64,000 nucleotides of DNA from the human T2T-CHM13v2.0 reference genome, Homo sapiens (GCF_009914755.1 NC_060934.1); one strand, 5' to 3'; counted from the stretch's first letter, positions 12,266 through 26,274 are shown. Translations and numbers: made by a program. Notes: generated by a model not told the origin, from the sequence alone.

Positions 12266-13189
12266 CTCTCCAATCCACCAGCAGCTCACCCAGTTGCACA
12301 GGGAGCTATTTGAGAAGCCTCACCTGAATCTCTTCTGGGCACTCAGATGTCAGCAGGAGACGCCAGCAGGGCTCGTCCTGAGCCGTTCCTGTCTCTCCTG
12401 GGGCTTTTCTGGGCACACCCTCTAAGATCTGCCTCCACATGTTATCTCCAGGCTTAATTGACCTCACTGCCTCTGACCTTTTAAAGACACACCAGTTTTC
12501 CCTTTTTAGTCTCAGGTCATTGGTCATTACTTCTCGTTGCCATGGTTTTTCCTATCTCCATCATTTCCTCCCCTCCAGCTGGAGACTCTTGCAGGCTGTG
12601 AAGCCCCCAACCCTGGTAGTGACTCTCTCTGCTCTTACCCCACTCAGAGGAGGCATCAAGAGGGGCCCAAGGGCCTACCCCAGCTCACTCCATTGCACTT
12701 CTCTGCACCTCCTACCTGTCCTGCCTCCTCAATAGCCTGCTTCAAAATGCATTCTGCCCCTCGGCTCACTGTGTGATGTCTCCTGGGAAGCCCAGAAGCT
12801 GTGTGTTTAAGATGCACCAGGACAAAGAGAAGGCAGGAGCCCCAACATACTTATGTTGAGAAAGACATCTGGCAGAGGGGACTCCTCCTCTTCCTGCCCC
12901 TGGACACATGCTCCACATGTCCCACCCTCAGCTGCCTCACTCAGCTCCCTGTGAATCCTGACCCTTGCTCACCCCTGGCTCTGCTGCTGGGGTTCCACAG
13001 AAGAACACTTCTGCTCCTGGACCTCTGAGCAGGACCCAGTAGGCACCTGCTAAGCCCCACAGAACTATGCCTCTGTCCACTATCCTGAGCACAGAAGGCA
13101 TGGCAGATTTCAGGGCTGCTGACAGAGGCCCCCAAAGGCAGAAAGAGAAACTGGGAGGAAGCTAACACACTGGTAAGGTATGACTCATG

Positions 13190-13385
13190 GCCTGGCACTG
13201 TGCTCAGTCCTGCCATATCCATCATCTCTGTCGATCTCCAACACTCCTGTAAGATATGAGCTACGATCTCCATTTTACAGATGGAAAAATGAAGGCTTCA
13301 AGAGGGACAAGGAAACTTGTCTTTGTCAGAGAAGCAGGGGTTAGAACTCAGGCTGGCAAACTTCAAAGCCACACGCTTTCCATGG
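13190..13385 (-). mobile_element. MIR
   Basis: CTCCATTTTACAGATGGAAAAATGAAGGC core. Confidence 0.75.
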
Positions 13386-13476
13386 TCAAGGTGTGGGTGT
13401 TCTCAGCCCTGAGCCTCTTGGTCTACATCTGGGTTAGAGCAGTACTTTAAAGCATCTGGGTGGCGTTGTCCCTGTC

Positions 13477-13830
13477 TGCGGTGGTTAATTTCATGGGCCA
13501 ATTTTTCTAGGCTATGGGGGCCAGTTATTTCGTCAAACATGAGTCTAGAGGTTGCTATGAAGGTATTTTTCAGATGTGATTAACATTTAATCAGTAGATT
13601 CTGAGTAAAGCAGATTACCTTCTATAGTGTGGGTAGGTCTTATCAGCTGAAGGGCTTAAGGAAAAAAAAAAAAAAACTGATGTCCCCTGAGGAAGAAAGA
13701 ATTCTGCCCTAGACTGTCTTCAGACTCAAGACTGCAACATCAACTCTCCCCAGGTCTCCAGCCTGCTCTGCAGATTTCGCACTTTGCCAGAGCCTACACT
13801 CATGTAAGCTAATTCCATCTCTTGGGGGAA
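13477..13830 (+). mobile_element. ERVL LTR (MLT2-like)
   Basis: TG(C)GGTGGTTAATTTCATG start; CTGAGTAAAGCAGATTACC; GAAGAAAGAATTCTGCC...GACTGCAACATCAACTC. Confidence 0.85.
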
Positions 13831-14359
13831 GCCCTCCCTCAACTTCCCATCATTGGTCAGGAGCACACGACAGGTGCTGAGAGGCAGGGCCTGTGCCTGC
13901 TCTGAGACGTGTCCCATAAGCCTATCTCTATTTCTCTTAAACTGATGGGAAGTGACATGGCTGGGCATTGATCTTGGCTTTAGGATTGTGTAAAACCCAA
14001 AAGAAAGAGTTGTTACTGCATAACCATGTGATTCTCAGACCTCACTGCCTTCTCCTTGGTCCCTCATGCCTGGGAAGCACTAGAATGTCTAACATCACAT
14101 CTGAGGCCCCAAAGGCTGTGGAGGCAGCAGCCAGTGGGGAGGAGTGAGGGCCTCTGCATGCAGACATTTCTCGGTTTGCCCCCCACCACCACCATAATAG
14201 GAGGAGTGGCAGCATTATCTCTCAGGAACAACAGGAACTGGGGATTCCAATAAGGTCTTCCCCTGGGGCCAGAACAGATGGCTCCCCTGGGATTTCAGAG
14301 AGGAGGATCACACAATGCCTCTGGCCCTCTGGGGAGAAAGGAGGGGCTGAGCCTCCCAT

Positions 14360-14480
14360 TGAGCACTTTCTATACTTTGTCTACAATCTTCACAAAAATT
14401 CTATAACATTGTCTCCATTTTATAGTTGAGGAACTTGAGGCTTAAGGAGTTAAGACACAAGCCTTCTCTTTCTGAAGACC
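14360..14480 (-). mobile_element. MIR
   Basis: CTCCATTTTATAGTTGAGGAACTTGAGGCTTAAGGAGTTAAG. Confidence 0.7.
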
Positions 14481-15436
14481 TTGATACAAGACATTTACAA
14501 ATGCACATTCCTATGTTCCAGCCCAATTCCGCCCACCATAACTTGGGGGTGATCAGTGCCCCAACATCTACCCTGACTACATTTAGAAACACTTTTTCCT
14601 GCTGTCTCTCAGCCATGGAAAAGATGACTCCACCTGACCTGTGGATGCAGAGAGGAGGAAAAGCCTTCAGGGATCGTTCCATCAAAACCCTTTAGTCAAG
14701 GCTTTGGGCAAACAAGTGGGTACTAGCCTCTTCTCCAGATCTTAAAAGAAAGAGTCCTCCTCTGAGCTTAGGGACCTAGCTTGGGAGCCCCTCATGCTGG
14801 AGCCCCAGGCCCCAGTTGGTCCCCTGCTACAGCTCTGGCTCTCACAAGGACTGAGTATTCATGGGCTCTGGTGGCTTATACAGGGCTCTCTTGAGCCAAA
14901 ACCAGTGGAGAAAGCTCTTTGTTCAGGTAACATTCCCCAATAGCTTCCTCCCAGTGATTTAAAATAGCTCCTAGTCACATTTGGCACTCCCTTATCTGAT
15001 TCAAGGAGACTTCCAAATCCCAGGGACAGACAGGGGAAACTATCTAGAAATTTCCAAGTAGAAACCTGTGGTAACCTGGGCTCAGAAACCAAAGGGACTT
15101 CAAGATGAAGGCCTCCTATACTGGGCTCAGTTCCCTCCAATCTCTCCCTCCTGTGATTGCCATGATCTGGCTTCCAGAGGCCAGCAGTCGGAGCAGTGAA
15201 GAAAGGAGGAAGGGAAAAAGAGAGAGGGGGAAGAAGGAGGTCCAGCACCCAGGCTAGAAAACAAAGGTGTCCTCCAGAAACAGAGATCCAAAGTCCCTGA
15301 GGACCATGTTGACATTAAAGAGTCCTAAGGTCCCCTAACAGCTAAAAGTTCCAGAGAGCCAGACAGTTCTGCCTTACCAGAGCTTAGGATAACTGTGTCT
15401 TCCTGGCGCTGTCCGAGGTACTGATCCACCTTTGTT

Positions 15437-16625
15437 GCGATACAGTTGGTATACCTAACACTGCACATAATCAATATCTATAGTTTGGTTAGTTTGGACA
15501 TGTGTAAACAGTTGTGTCGCCCTCACCACAGTACAAGTAATAAACATATCCATTACCTCCAAAAATTACCTTGTGTCCCCAGATGATGACAAGTATTGGT
15601 GAAGATGTGGAGAAAATGGAAGCTTTGCACACTGTTGGTAAGAATATAAGTTGGTAATAGCCATTATGGAAAACAGTATTGGGTATTGGCAGTTCTATAA
15701 AAAACTAAAAATAGAACTACCGTATAATTCAGCAATCTCACTTCTGGACATGTACCCAAAGGAATTGAAATCTGTATCTCAAAGAAATATTGCACTCCCA
15801 TGTCCATTGCAGCATAATCCACAATAGCCAAGGTATGCAAACAGCCTAAGTGGCCATCAATGAGCGAATGGATAAAGAAAATGTGGTATACATACACAAT
15901 GGAATTCAGCCTTAAAAAAGAATTAAATCCTGCCATTTGCAATAACATGGGTGAACCTAGAGAACGTTATGCTTTGTTATAAGCCAGACATATAAAGACA
16001 AATACTGCACAATCTCACTTATATGTGGAAATCTAAAGAAGTAGAACTCAAAAAAGCAGAGCATAGAAAGGTGGTTGCCAGGAGCTGCTGTGGGGGGGAA
16101 TGGGGAGATTTTGGCCAAAAGGTACAAACTTAGTTGCAAGATGAATAAGTTCTAAAGATCTAATGCACAGCACGAAGATTATAGTTAATAATAATGTACT
16201 GTATACTTCAAATTTACTAAGAGAGAATTTCTTAAGTTTCCTCACCACAAAAAAGAAAAATGTTAACTATATGAGGTGATGATATGTTCATTAGCCTGAT
16301 TCTGGTGATCACTTTACAATGCATATCAAAACACCATGTTGTACACCTTAAATATTTTTATTGTCCATTATATCTAATAAAGCTGGAGGAAAATCAAGTA
16401 AAAACAAAATGTCCTTTGTTCCTTTGTTTTTGTTGATGTTTTTGTGCATATGTTTGTGCACTAAACATGAGATCTACGCTCTGAACAAATTTCTACATAT
16501 ACAATCTCCTGTTTTTAACTACAGGCACCATGCTGTGCAGGGGATCCCCGGAACTTACTCATCTCATACAACTGTAGGTTTATACCCATTGAACAACAGC
16601 CCCCTACATCCCCTCCCCCAAGGAC
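15437..16625 (-). mobile_element. Old L1M 3' fragment split by a second L1 (pieces ~15437-15580 and ~16410-16625)
   Basis: Antisense L1M 3' UTR motifs (AACATATCCATTACCTCCAAAA; CTTACTCATCTCATACAACTG...TTATACCCATTGAACAAC). Confidence 0.6.
15581..16400 (+). mobile_element. L1MA (L1MA8-10-like) 3' end
   Basis: GAATGGATAAAGAAAATGTGGTATACATACACAATGGAA; ATGGGTGAACCTAGAGAACGTTATGCT; ends CTAATAAAGCTGGAGGAAAA. Confidence 0.9.
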
Positions 16626-17171
16626 CACCATTCTTCATCCCCACTCCTGGCTTCCACCTCAGTGTGAATTCTGCAGTCCAGAATTCTGCTCTCACTCCCT
16701 GCCATCCTGCCCATCTTGACTGTGCCACCCTAGACACTCACTTTCCAGCCTGCCCCACCTCCAGAAGCAGTTCCTCTTTATCCTCATGGATGTGCAAACT
16801 GAGCCCACCTCTGAGTGGCCAGCTGGGTCCGTCTACCTCCAGACCTGAACTAGGGCCCACCAGACATTGGGATGAGGCCCTAGCCCCTGGTCCCAGCCCC
16901 AGAGCCACTTCCAGAGTCTGTGGATATTTGGTTGAAACAGGTCATTGCTTCTGTACATCCTGACAGATTGGAGAGGCAAGGAAGTCTATGCCCAAAGGAA
17001 CTGGTGAAATACAAACACCAAACACCCAGCCTCAGAGTGACTGTGGGTCACTGTTCACAAGCCACAGACTCTCCCATGGGGTGGTATTGTTCAAAAGAGA
17101 AATCTACTATGCTGCAGAAGGAAATGTATTAGGTCCAATGGGAAGTATGTTAAATACACTTGGTTAGAGGA

Positions 17172-17560
17172 TCTCTTAATCCATCTCATGTTGCTGTAAC
17201 GGAATGCTCGAGACTGGGTAATTTATTAAAAAAACAGAGATTTATTCCTTACACTTCTGGAGGCTGGGAAGTCCAAGGTTGAGGGGCCCACATCTGCTGA
17301 GGGCTTTCTTGCCACATCATCTCATAGCAGAAGGCGGAAGGCACAAGGGCAGGAGAGCACGAGAGAGCACGAGAGGGCCTACCTCACTTCGGTAACAACT
17401 CACTCTCAATAATGAACCCACTCCCTCAATGACATTAATCCATTCATGAGAGCAGAGCCCTCACGACCTACTCGCCTTTTAATGGTCTCACTTCTTAACA
17501 CCATCATAATGGAAATTAAATTTCAACATGCGTTTTGGAGAGGACACTCAAACCATAGCA
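17172..17560 (-). mobile_element. MaLR solo LTR (MST-like)
   Basis: AGACTGGGTAATTTAT...TTCTGGAGGCTGGGAAGTCCAAGGTTGAGGGG...TTTCAACATGCGTTTTGGAGAGGACACTCAAACCATAGCA. Confidence 0.9.
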
Positions 17561-19634
17561 GATGGTTTCTAAAAATATATTTATCTAGTAATTTATGTTT
17601 GGATATAGCCTATACTCTATGTCAGTAGGAAGACAATAGAGTAAACTAGTGAATTTAGGAAAACTTGTCTTAGTACTTAGGGTTTATAAAGTCACAATAG
17701 AGATAAGGGGCTAGGAAGCTTCAGAGCATTAATTTTCTTAAGACAACAGAGTAAGGTGAGTCCCAAAGACACAGCTGGAGTTTGACAAAGTGAAAAATGG
17801 GGTCCAGATGAGACAAGAGCCTACAGACAGCATCCTCGGTCATCCATTAAGGGCCCCCCTCCTTATACTAATGATACAATAATTAACAAAACCATAGTAG
17901 ATAAAGTAACTGAGCAGTGTTGGGTCTTGTCAGAACTACCCTGGAAGAAGTACTGGCATAGTTTGCAGGGAGTTAAATGGTGGGCCAAGAAAGCGGTCAT
18001 ACATAAAAGGGATCATGCCTGCATGCTCATGTGTCCTGGGCACAGTACACAGCTGTTGTGGCTCCCGCAGGCATTGTTTCAACACAGTAAAGAATCGGAG
18101 AAGTCCACATGGCCTTCTCTGTTCTACCTGGCAGCATCCTGTCCTGGCAGCACCGCGTGGGAGGAACTCTGAACTAGAGATGGCAGCTTTTGTTCTCCCA
18201 GTGATCTTTATAGGGGACTTGAATTGCTAGCAGTGTGGCCTCTGACCTCCATGGTCACTGCCGTCAAAGAACCATCTAAGGAAGGTCCAATAAGTAGAAT
18301 GGGATCAATAGCCTTCAATGTCCTTCCTTCTGAAGTATATTTGTCCAATTAGCACACAAAGGTTGTACTGAAGTCCCTCCTCCTACAAAGCCTCACTGCT
18401 GGGAGAGACATCCTAAGAGAGGATGCCAGTGCCTCAATGATTTCAGCCTCTGAACTGTGTTTCCTCCAGCCAGGACACAGCTGGCTCTTCTCCATCTCTC
18501 CCTCACCACCTTTCCAGAACTCACAGCTTCAAGCCCACTACCACCCCTTTATGTCCAAGCCGGCTGGCCTGAGGCCACCTGCTAGGGTCAGCAGCCTCAG
18601 CTCCACCACCTGCACTGCTTGAATCACTTCTGCTGTTTGCTGAGCCAGAATCCTGTGCCCAGGGCAGTGCCCTCACCCTCACCTGGCTCTCCTGCTGGCT
18701 CTGACCTGACCCTGAGAAATTTTGAGGCAGCCCTCATACCTTCCTGGCCCCATCCCCAAGCCCAGATTCTTCTAACCAGGCCCATAGCCACTAGTGGGTC
18801 TCATGGTGAACAGACATAGCCCAATGCCCCCAAAGCTTTCTCCATCATGCTCTTCTCAATGGACTGTACCTCAAGGGGCTGCTCAGGACAGAGCCACACT
18901 GAGATTCTTTATATACTTGGCCATTGTGCCTCTCCATCCCCAGCACTTTCACCAGACCAGCATCTGTCATGGTGGTCCCCAGCCCTGTGTGGGGTAGATG
19001 GGTGGGCAGCAAGACCCCATCAGCTTCCAACTTGTGTCTGACACCACCAATATGCCTTGAGCCCTCAGGACCCCAATCACAATTGGGTGCATCAGCCAGC
19101 CAGTGCCCTTGCTGAGGAGCAGGTACCTGAGTGTTGGGGAGAAAGGCATATATCTACCTGGTCTCCAGGCTTCCCACTGCGCCACGCATGGTTTCTGCAA
19201 AGAGGATGGAGACTCCAGAAAAGGCAGCTGATGGCCCTCAAACCTAGACAGACATGCCTGCTGCCCCTCTGTCACCTCAGCCCAGAGACTCCACATCTGC
19301 TGGAGCACCCCAGTCTGCTGGAGACTGAAATGCCCCCACATTTATTTTTGGAGCATCCAAAAAGCCAAAGTCAGAGGAATTTACAACTTGGCTGTCTTTG
19401 GTAACACCATGCAGCAGTCTGTTCAGTAATAGCCTGTTATCTCTCAGCTCAGATCTCTCCATCCCAGACAGCAGAGGGTACAGGAAGGTGAGCATGACAG
19501 ATTTCCAGGCAATCCATCCTGAAAGAGCCTCGTGGGTCAAGATGGAGGAGGAGCAGAGTGAGGAGGACATGGGCAGGAGGAAGAGGAGGGGCAGTGAGGA
19601 CAAGGAGAAAGGAGAGAGGGAGGAAAGGTAGACT

Positions 19635-19855
19635 GATATTTTCTGAGACTCTCCTCTGTGCCAGCCACAGAACTAAGACACCATATAGTGGTACCTTGTT
19701 CAATCCTCCAAGAGCCTACTGAGCCGGAGTTATTCCCTCATTACCATTGACAAAAGGAGGGCTCAGAGATATTAAGAAATGTCCTTAAATCACATAGCCA
19801 GCAAGTACAGACTCAGACTGTCAGACGTGAAAGGCCATGCTCTTTCCACTGCACG
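19635..19855 (-). mobile_element. MIR
   Basis: GGCTCAGAGATATTAAGAAATGTCCTTAAATCACATAGC; degenerate. Confidence 0.6.
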
Positions 19856-20259
19856 GTGCAGCTTCAGCAAGCAGGAGGAGGATATCCTGGGGCAGCTGGG
19901 AGACCTAGTCGGGGCAGCTGGGAGACCTAATCAGGACAGCAGATGGGTGTCACCCATATACTTGCTCCCATAATGCTTTGCTGTATCATGGGGTGTGGCT
20001 CCACAACAAAACTTGCCTCCACCAAAGCCTGAGGGAGTTACTGGTTCCCATTTGGGCCTCTCTAGCCAGGCAGGGCAAATGCCTAGACCACACTTGTATG
20101 ATAAATGCCTAGAGAGGTGCAGGGGCTCCTGAGAACACTGGGCTGCCAGAGTGGAAAAAAAAAATGCACTGCTGCCTTTCTTTTTCTCTTGCTCTCTCTC
20201 TCTCCCTCTGCCCTTCCATCCATCCAACCTGAGAGTTCAAAACTTAACTCAAAAAACTA

Positions 20260-20425
<166 letters not shown>

Positions 20426-21784
20426 CAAATTGGCAGCCTCACAATCTGTTTTAATTAGCTGATTTTGAAACCCTTGATCTATAGGTCTGAGATTCTCACA
20501 GATTATTCAAACCAGGGTATCCACCAATGTAAACAGAACTGGGGAGCCCACTTCTGCATTGGGGGCTGGCCTTTGTTTCCCAGCACTTGTAATTTGTGCA
20601 AAGTGCCTTGTGGCTGACTGCCACTGCACAGGCTCTTTCTGCTGACAGGGCACTTCTGTAAAGTTCAGGCTGCCTCAGCTACTGTGAAGTTAAATGTGGG
20701 TGAAAACAAGGCAAACCTATCTCCAAATGTTTCTAGATGGCTTAGCTCCTTCAAGCCCAGATGACATCAGAGTCATTTCACTTTCAAAACAAATTCCCCC
20801 ATGCTGGAAAAATGACTTTCCACAGTGGTGCCAAGAAGTAGCTGGAGGAAATGCACTCTTTGGTCTCCCACCCCACCCTAAACACACCGTCCCTTTCTTT
20901 GCTGGAGCTAATGACAAGAGCACTCACCCATCGCCTCCCAAGGAGCAAGTTCACCCTTCATTAGTCAGCAAAGGGAGGGGACTGCTTTCCTTCCAATCCG
21001 CTCCTCCAAAAGGATTTCTTCCCATCTGCCTCTGGCAGTGGATTCAAAAGCCTTGGTTCTGCCTCCCCGAAGTCCATGGAGAGGCCCATCTTAGACCCCA
21101 AGGGCCAGTGAAATAGGAAGCAGTGGGTGCCATGGAAGGAAGGTTCCGATCTTGGTTCCAACACTCACTAGTCCTGCGACTTGGGCAAGATGTTCCACCT
21201 TTCTTCAAATCACTGTCGATCACATCTCACAAGGTGACTTGGGAGACTGAGCCTTTTATAAACTATTAGGAGCTATCAGGGCTGTGACCTGCACCACCCC
21301 AGGGGATGCCATCCACATAGACTGCAGTGAACAGAGCCTGGAGTGTGTCTTCTGCAGTAGGGGGGTGTCAGTGGACAAACCCCAGTGGCCACATTAGCGG
21401 TGGCCCACCCACTGAGGGAGGAGCAACAGGACACCCAAGAGGCTCTGCAGCACAGGAAACCAGGACAGAGGATCCCAAACTCAGGCACGCCTCAAGGATG
21501 CCTAGCATCTTGCAGAGCTGTGGCAACGAAACAACAGAGCAGAGCACAGGCAGCCTCAGGAGGCCCCAAGCCTTTAGCCACAGCTCAGCTAGCACAGGCT
21601 CTAGGGCTGAGAGAGGCCAGGTGGGTTGGACAGAGCCGCCAGTCAGGGCTGGGGGAGGAGCCTGGGCAAGAGGAAAGTCCTGTGGAGGGAACTGGGGTTG
21701 AGACTATGCAGTGGGGAAAGGGGGATCAGAAGCTGGAACTTGGCAAGCTCTGTTTAATTCCTCTGCCATTAAAATAACCATGAA

Positions 21785-21990
21785 AATACTAACAGCGATC
21801 ATTACCCAGCACTAACCATGTGCCAGGCACCAGGCCAAGCTCCTCACACATATCTTCTCAGGTCATCTTCACAACAACCCTGAGATGTTGACAGATAAGG
21901 ATACAGAGGTTCCTAGAGGCTCAACAACTTGTCCAAATCACTCAGCCACTAATTTATGGGTCTGGAATTGGAACCCAGTCCCTCTGGCCC
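21785..21990 (-). mobile_element. MIR
   Basis: ATGTGCCAGGCAC...TCTTCACAACAACCCTGAG...ACTTGTCCAAATCAC. Confidence 0.75.
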
Positions 21991-22399
21991 TGTCATGCAT
22001 AGGAAATGTTAGTGTAATGAACAGAGGACTCTCCAGGCCTCTGAGCTCCCCTCCTCAGATCCCCACTCCCCAGAACTTGAAGTGTGGCACAGGGGCAGGA
22101 AGAGCCACCAGGGGAGTCTCCGTGGCAGGGAAGTCTCCCTCTTTAGGCTCAGTTCAGTAGGTCCTTGGCACAAGATATAATGACGTCCGGGAACTTGCCC
22201 GCCTATCACCAAACCCTCTTCCAATCCAAAACCTCAATGTCAAAGCCCAGGAAATTCGTGGGAGAGGAACAGCCTTCTCCCCAGCTGAGGAGCAAGTGAG
22301 AGCTGGGCTGCACCCTGCGCTGGGGCGTCCCACTCTTCCCACACATCCCCAGCCCCCAGACTGGCGCTCCTGGTGGCTGGCTCCCTGAGGGACAGCTGG

Positions 22400-22650
22400 G
22401 CCTGTCGGCGCTTGTTGTTTCTGCCAAACTCCATGCTATTACAACAAAACCCCTGTATTTCTTGCAAACAATTTTCCCCTTCGCAATCTCATAAATTAAT
22501 TCCCTCCTTTCAAGCTGACTGGCTTCCTGCTAATCTAACCACTAACCTATCACCATCCATAAACTAAATGATCCATAAACACTCTCCCATCTCTAGCCTA
22601 ATGCACTAAAATTAGTTTTCGGTTTTTCCTGCTTTATCTTTCTTTGTTAA
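22400..22650. promoter_or_regulatory. Candidate enhancer or conserved non-coding element (Hox/Cdx, Fox, Sox motifs)
   Basis: Non-repeat AT-rich island with ATCCATAAAC x2, CTCATAAATTAAT, GCAAACAAT, TAATCT. Confidence 0.45.
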
Positions 22651-23624
22651 GGGCAGATCAGGTCCAGCTTCCTCTCTTCTTCCTCCTGAACATGAGTGGC
22701 TTCCAGCTCTTCACTCCTGAAGCTCCACTTCCTTGCCCCTCAGATACTGTAGCCAAGAGGTGGAACTGGCTGCTTTCAGCTGGTGCTCAGGGCCTGAGCT
22801 GCTGAGGGCTGACTCCTGCCTGCAACCCACCATAGAATGAGCCCCACATGAGCATGGATGGGACAGGTCCCAAGGGTTGTCCCAACCATGAAGTCAGAAA
22901 CTCCAGATGATGGTAGGTGGCATAAAGGTGGCTCAGATCCCTGAGACAAGGGCTCCTCCCACTCCTTGGGCTCTGGTGATCAGTGGCCATCTGCCTCCCT
23001 GACCCCTCAGGGTGGGATCAGCTGTGCTTACAGAGCCTGGCCTGGGGAAATATCAGAGGAATCCCTGGCCTAGCTCAGAGATGGGCAAGGAAGCTTCAGG
23101 TGTTCTGGGGGCATTTCCTGCCAGGCCTGGGAAATGGTGGCACAGGTGCCCTTAGAAGGACAGGGTCAGTGGGCTGCAAGAGGTGCCTGCTGCTCACCAG
23201 AACAAGACCCCCTGAGGAGGCTGCTCTCTGAAGGTGGCACCTCTTATGAAGTCAACCTCAGCTCTTGGGCCAACAGTCCCCTTTCCCAGCACTCCTCAGA
23301 TGTGTGCCAGCTGTCCTAGCCCTCTAGGCAGGGCCCGGAATCTGAGGCTGCCATTTGGAGCTCTGCCCAGTGCCCTGAGACCTACTGCAGGAGCATCAGA
23401 AAGGCCACATGGTGCAGAGCCAGAGCCCCCAGGATCCATCACAGAGCCACCAAGGCTTTGTGTTAGTCCATCCCATGGGAACCCTCCCTGAAGCCCTCCC
23501 CTGCTTGGGCCTGCAGTCAGGACCTCCATGTAACCTGTCCTTCCCAGGACTGACCTTCTGCCCACTGCTGGCATCCGATCCTGTTGTGCCGCACCTAGTT
23601 CAGAGCCGCCCTGCTTCCATCAAG

Positions 23625-23770
23625 CTTCCAGGCTCTGCCTCTGTCAAACAGCATGACCTTGAGCAAGTCACCTTCAGACTCCTCATCTGTGGGGCCCACA
23701 CCTCCCCAGCTGTCACAAACATGAAACAGCAACATGATGAAAGCACTTAGCACATTGCCTTGTGGAGACC
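23625..23770 (+). mobile_element. MIR
   Basis: GGCTCTGCC...ATGACCTTGAGCAAGTCAC...CTCCTCATCTGT...AAAGCACTTAGCACA. Confidence 0.75.
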
Positions 23771-24159
23771 CCGTAAAGCAAAGGCCCATTTTCCTCAGCC
23801 TTTGTCCTCCAGCCCCCGCCCCCAATAGCCACTGCAAGGTTCTTGCAATTTGTCACCCTGGCCAGGCATAGCCACACGCCAGCCAGCACTCCTGGACCCC
23901 AGGCAAGGAGGGCTGAGGCATCAGCACATGGAGCAGAGAAAAGCCCAGGGCAGGAACATGGTCTATGTGGCCCAGGAAGGGGGCTGGGGCTGCTTCCTCT
24001 AATGAGTCCAGGGCTGGGGAACTCCTCTCAGAACTACTACAGCCTCTGAGTCACACAAGGAACTGGATTTTGGCATATCTGGCCACAGTTTAATTTTGTA
24101 TCAGTGAACCTGGTCACCCACCTGATCTGCTTCCTGCCCCACAATGCCTCCTTCCAGCC

Positions 24160-24595
24160 ACATTAACCCATCCACCTGTGACCCATCCATGCACTCACCC
24201 TCCCCTTCATCCATCCATCCTCCCACCCATCCATTCATATGCCCCCATATTTTCCTTCAGCCACCCATATACATCTGCCTCCAACCATCCACCCATCCAT
24301 CTATCTACTCCCACTCACACACTATCAACCCAACCATCTATCCAACCATCCCCAACCTCCAATTCATCCAGCCACCTATCCAGCTCCAATCCCCAATAAT
24401 CCATCCATCTACACATCATCCCACTGGCCACCCACCCACCCAGGCAGCTATAAACTCAGCCAGGTTTTCATCTATCCATCCATCCATTTACCCATTTTTC
24501 TAACTCCTATCTGTCAACCCATCCACTCATCCATCTATCCATCTACACATACACCCATCCATCACCTATTCACCTACCTACACACCCATCCCCCA
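24160..24595. repeat. Degenerate (CCAT)n/(CCAC)n low-complexity tract
   Basis: About 430 bp of imperfect CCAT/CCAC/CTAT units. Confidence 0.9.
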
Positions 24596-25422
24596 CTTTG
24601 ATGAGACAGAGCAAGACCATCACAAAATATAAGACTAGATAGCCAGGGAACTAGAACTGGTCACAGACAGCACAGCAACCACTCTGGTCCACACTGGGGA
24701 CCTCCACTCGACCAACACTCCCCATGACCTTCTGGTGCTGCACTCTGGGACATGCCACCAGGTGTGCCCCAGAATCCCCCAGGCAGACTTTGAGCTGCCA
24801 ATACATTCTGCACATTTGGCCAGTAAGGCAGAGATCACATCACGCTCACTGTCCACCCTCCCACACACCCTCACAGCCAGGACTGACAGCTCCTTCATGT
24901 CAGGGGCTTTGCAGCCCTGACTTGCAAGGGAACCCAGTCTAAGCCAGTGTTCTCCAGAGTCTCCAGAGATACAACAATCCCCCCCATCAGGCACAGCCTG
25001 GCCCCTGAAGCTCTGCACATGCCTGAAACCAGACAAAGAGCCTTTCTCCAGTGCTGGACCCAGAGGCCCCTCAAAGCTGCCCCAGCCTAGGTGGAACAGC
25101 CCAGGCAAAGCCTCCAGGCTCGGGAGGGCAGAGCCCCAGTGGAAGATGGGACACAGGGTGGAGATGGAGCCAGCTCCTGAGACAGCAAGGGGTACCTAGC
25201 CTAGAATAAGCCAGCACTGTGAATTTAAAGCCCCAGGGCTCCTGAGCACCAGCCTTGCATCCTCCGAGGTCACTCCTGGGCGCTGCTCACCAGACCCACA
25301 AACCCCAACTGACCTGTTCAGCCTCCCTCCCATTCAGCTGCCAGATGAGATGGCTGTCTTGCTTTTATATGATTTTCCATGAGACATGGACAGGCTGGCA
25401 TTCAGAAGCACATTATTACAAG

Positions 25423-25600
25423 CTAGTGCTTCTCACCCTGAGTGTGCACAAGAATCACAAGAATCACCCCCACTAAAATGCATATGCTCAGCCCCTTCCC
25501 CAAGAGATTCAGTCCAGCTGGTGGGGGTGTTGGGACAGGAATCTGTATAAAAGTACGGCCTTGGCAATTCTGATCCACGTGGCCCTAGGACCACTCAGTA
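25423..25600. mobile_element. MER5-like fragment
   Basis: AGTGCTTCTCACCCTGAGTGTGCACAAGAATCAC...GAGATTC...GGAATCTGTAT...AATTCTGAT. Confidence 0.6.
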
Positions 25601-26274
25601 CAGAACAACACACATCTGAATCCCCTCAGAAGAGAGCTGCCTAGCTCCCCACCCCTTGCCTCTCTGCAGAAGGCAGAACTCCCCCCGGACCTGCCCACCC
25701 TGGGCATCTGCTCAGAGCTTCAGGGCTCATCCCAAGTCTGCATAGCCGCCCCTTTGTCCTGACCTCCTCATACTCTGATTCTAGATACTTGGCTTGCAGC
25801 TCCCTCCTGGGAGGGAGGCCGCACCTCCAGGCCTGGCTGGCTCATCCACAAGCCCCCTTCCCCACTCTGAGCAAGACAGACTCCTGCAGAGTAAAGGAAA
25901 GCATGTGAGTGGGTGTTCTGTGGACCTGTGAGTTTCTAGAAGTGTTATGAATGACCCAGGAAGAAAGCATTTGTAAAAATTATGACAAATAGCTTTGATG
26001 GTGTTTTTCAATTACCCACAATTACATCTCACCTGCTGAAAGTGTGGATCCTCCATACTGCCACATTTCTTGGGAACACACATCTGGCATCCTTGCACCC
26101 CACTTCTGCTGGGATGGCAGGAAGAAGAAGAGGTGGGCAGGCCTCGGGCAGCAAGGACCCTACACTCGATTCTCTCAGCCAGTGCTTCTGGCTGGGCCAT
26201 GAAAGCAAGAGGGTCCCCATTCCTGACTGACTTAAAGAGCAGGAGGTCAAGGGATCCTCCACCAAACTGTGTCA

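Noticed and set aside
19448-19487. Possible 40-nt plus-strand exon ending AAG|GTGAGC
   Set aside because: Weak acceptor with several competing AGs
24144-24601. Pro/His/Ile-rich ORFs
   Set aside because: Artefact of the (CCAT)n repeat
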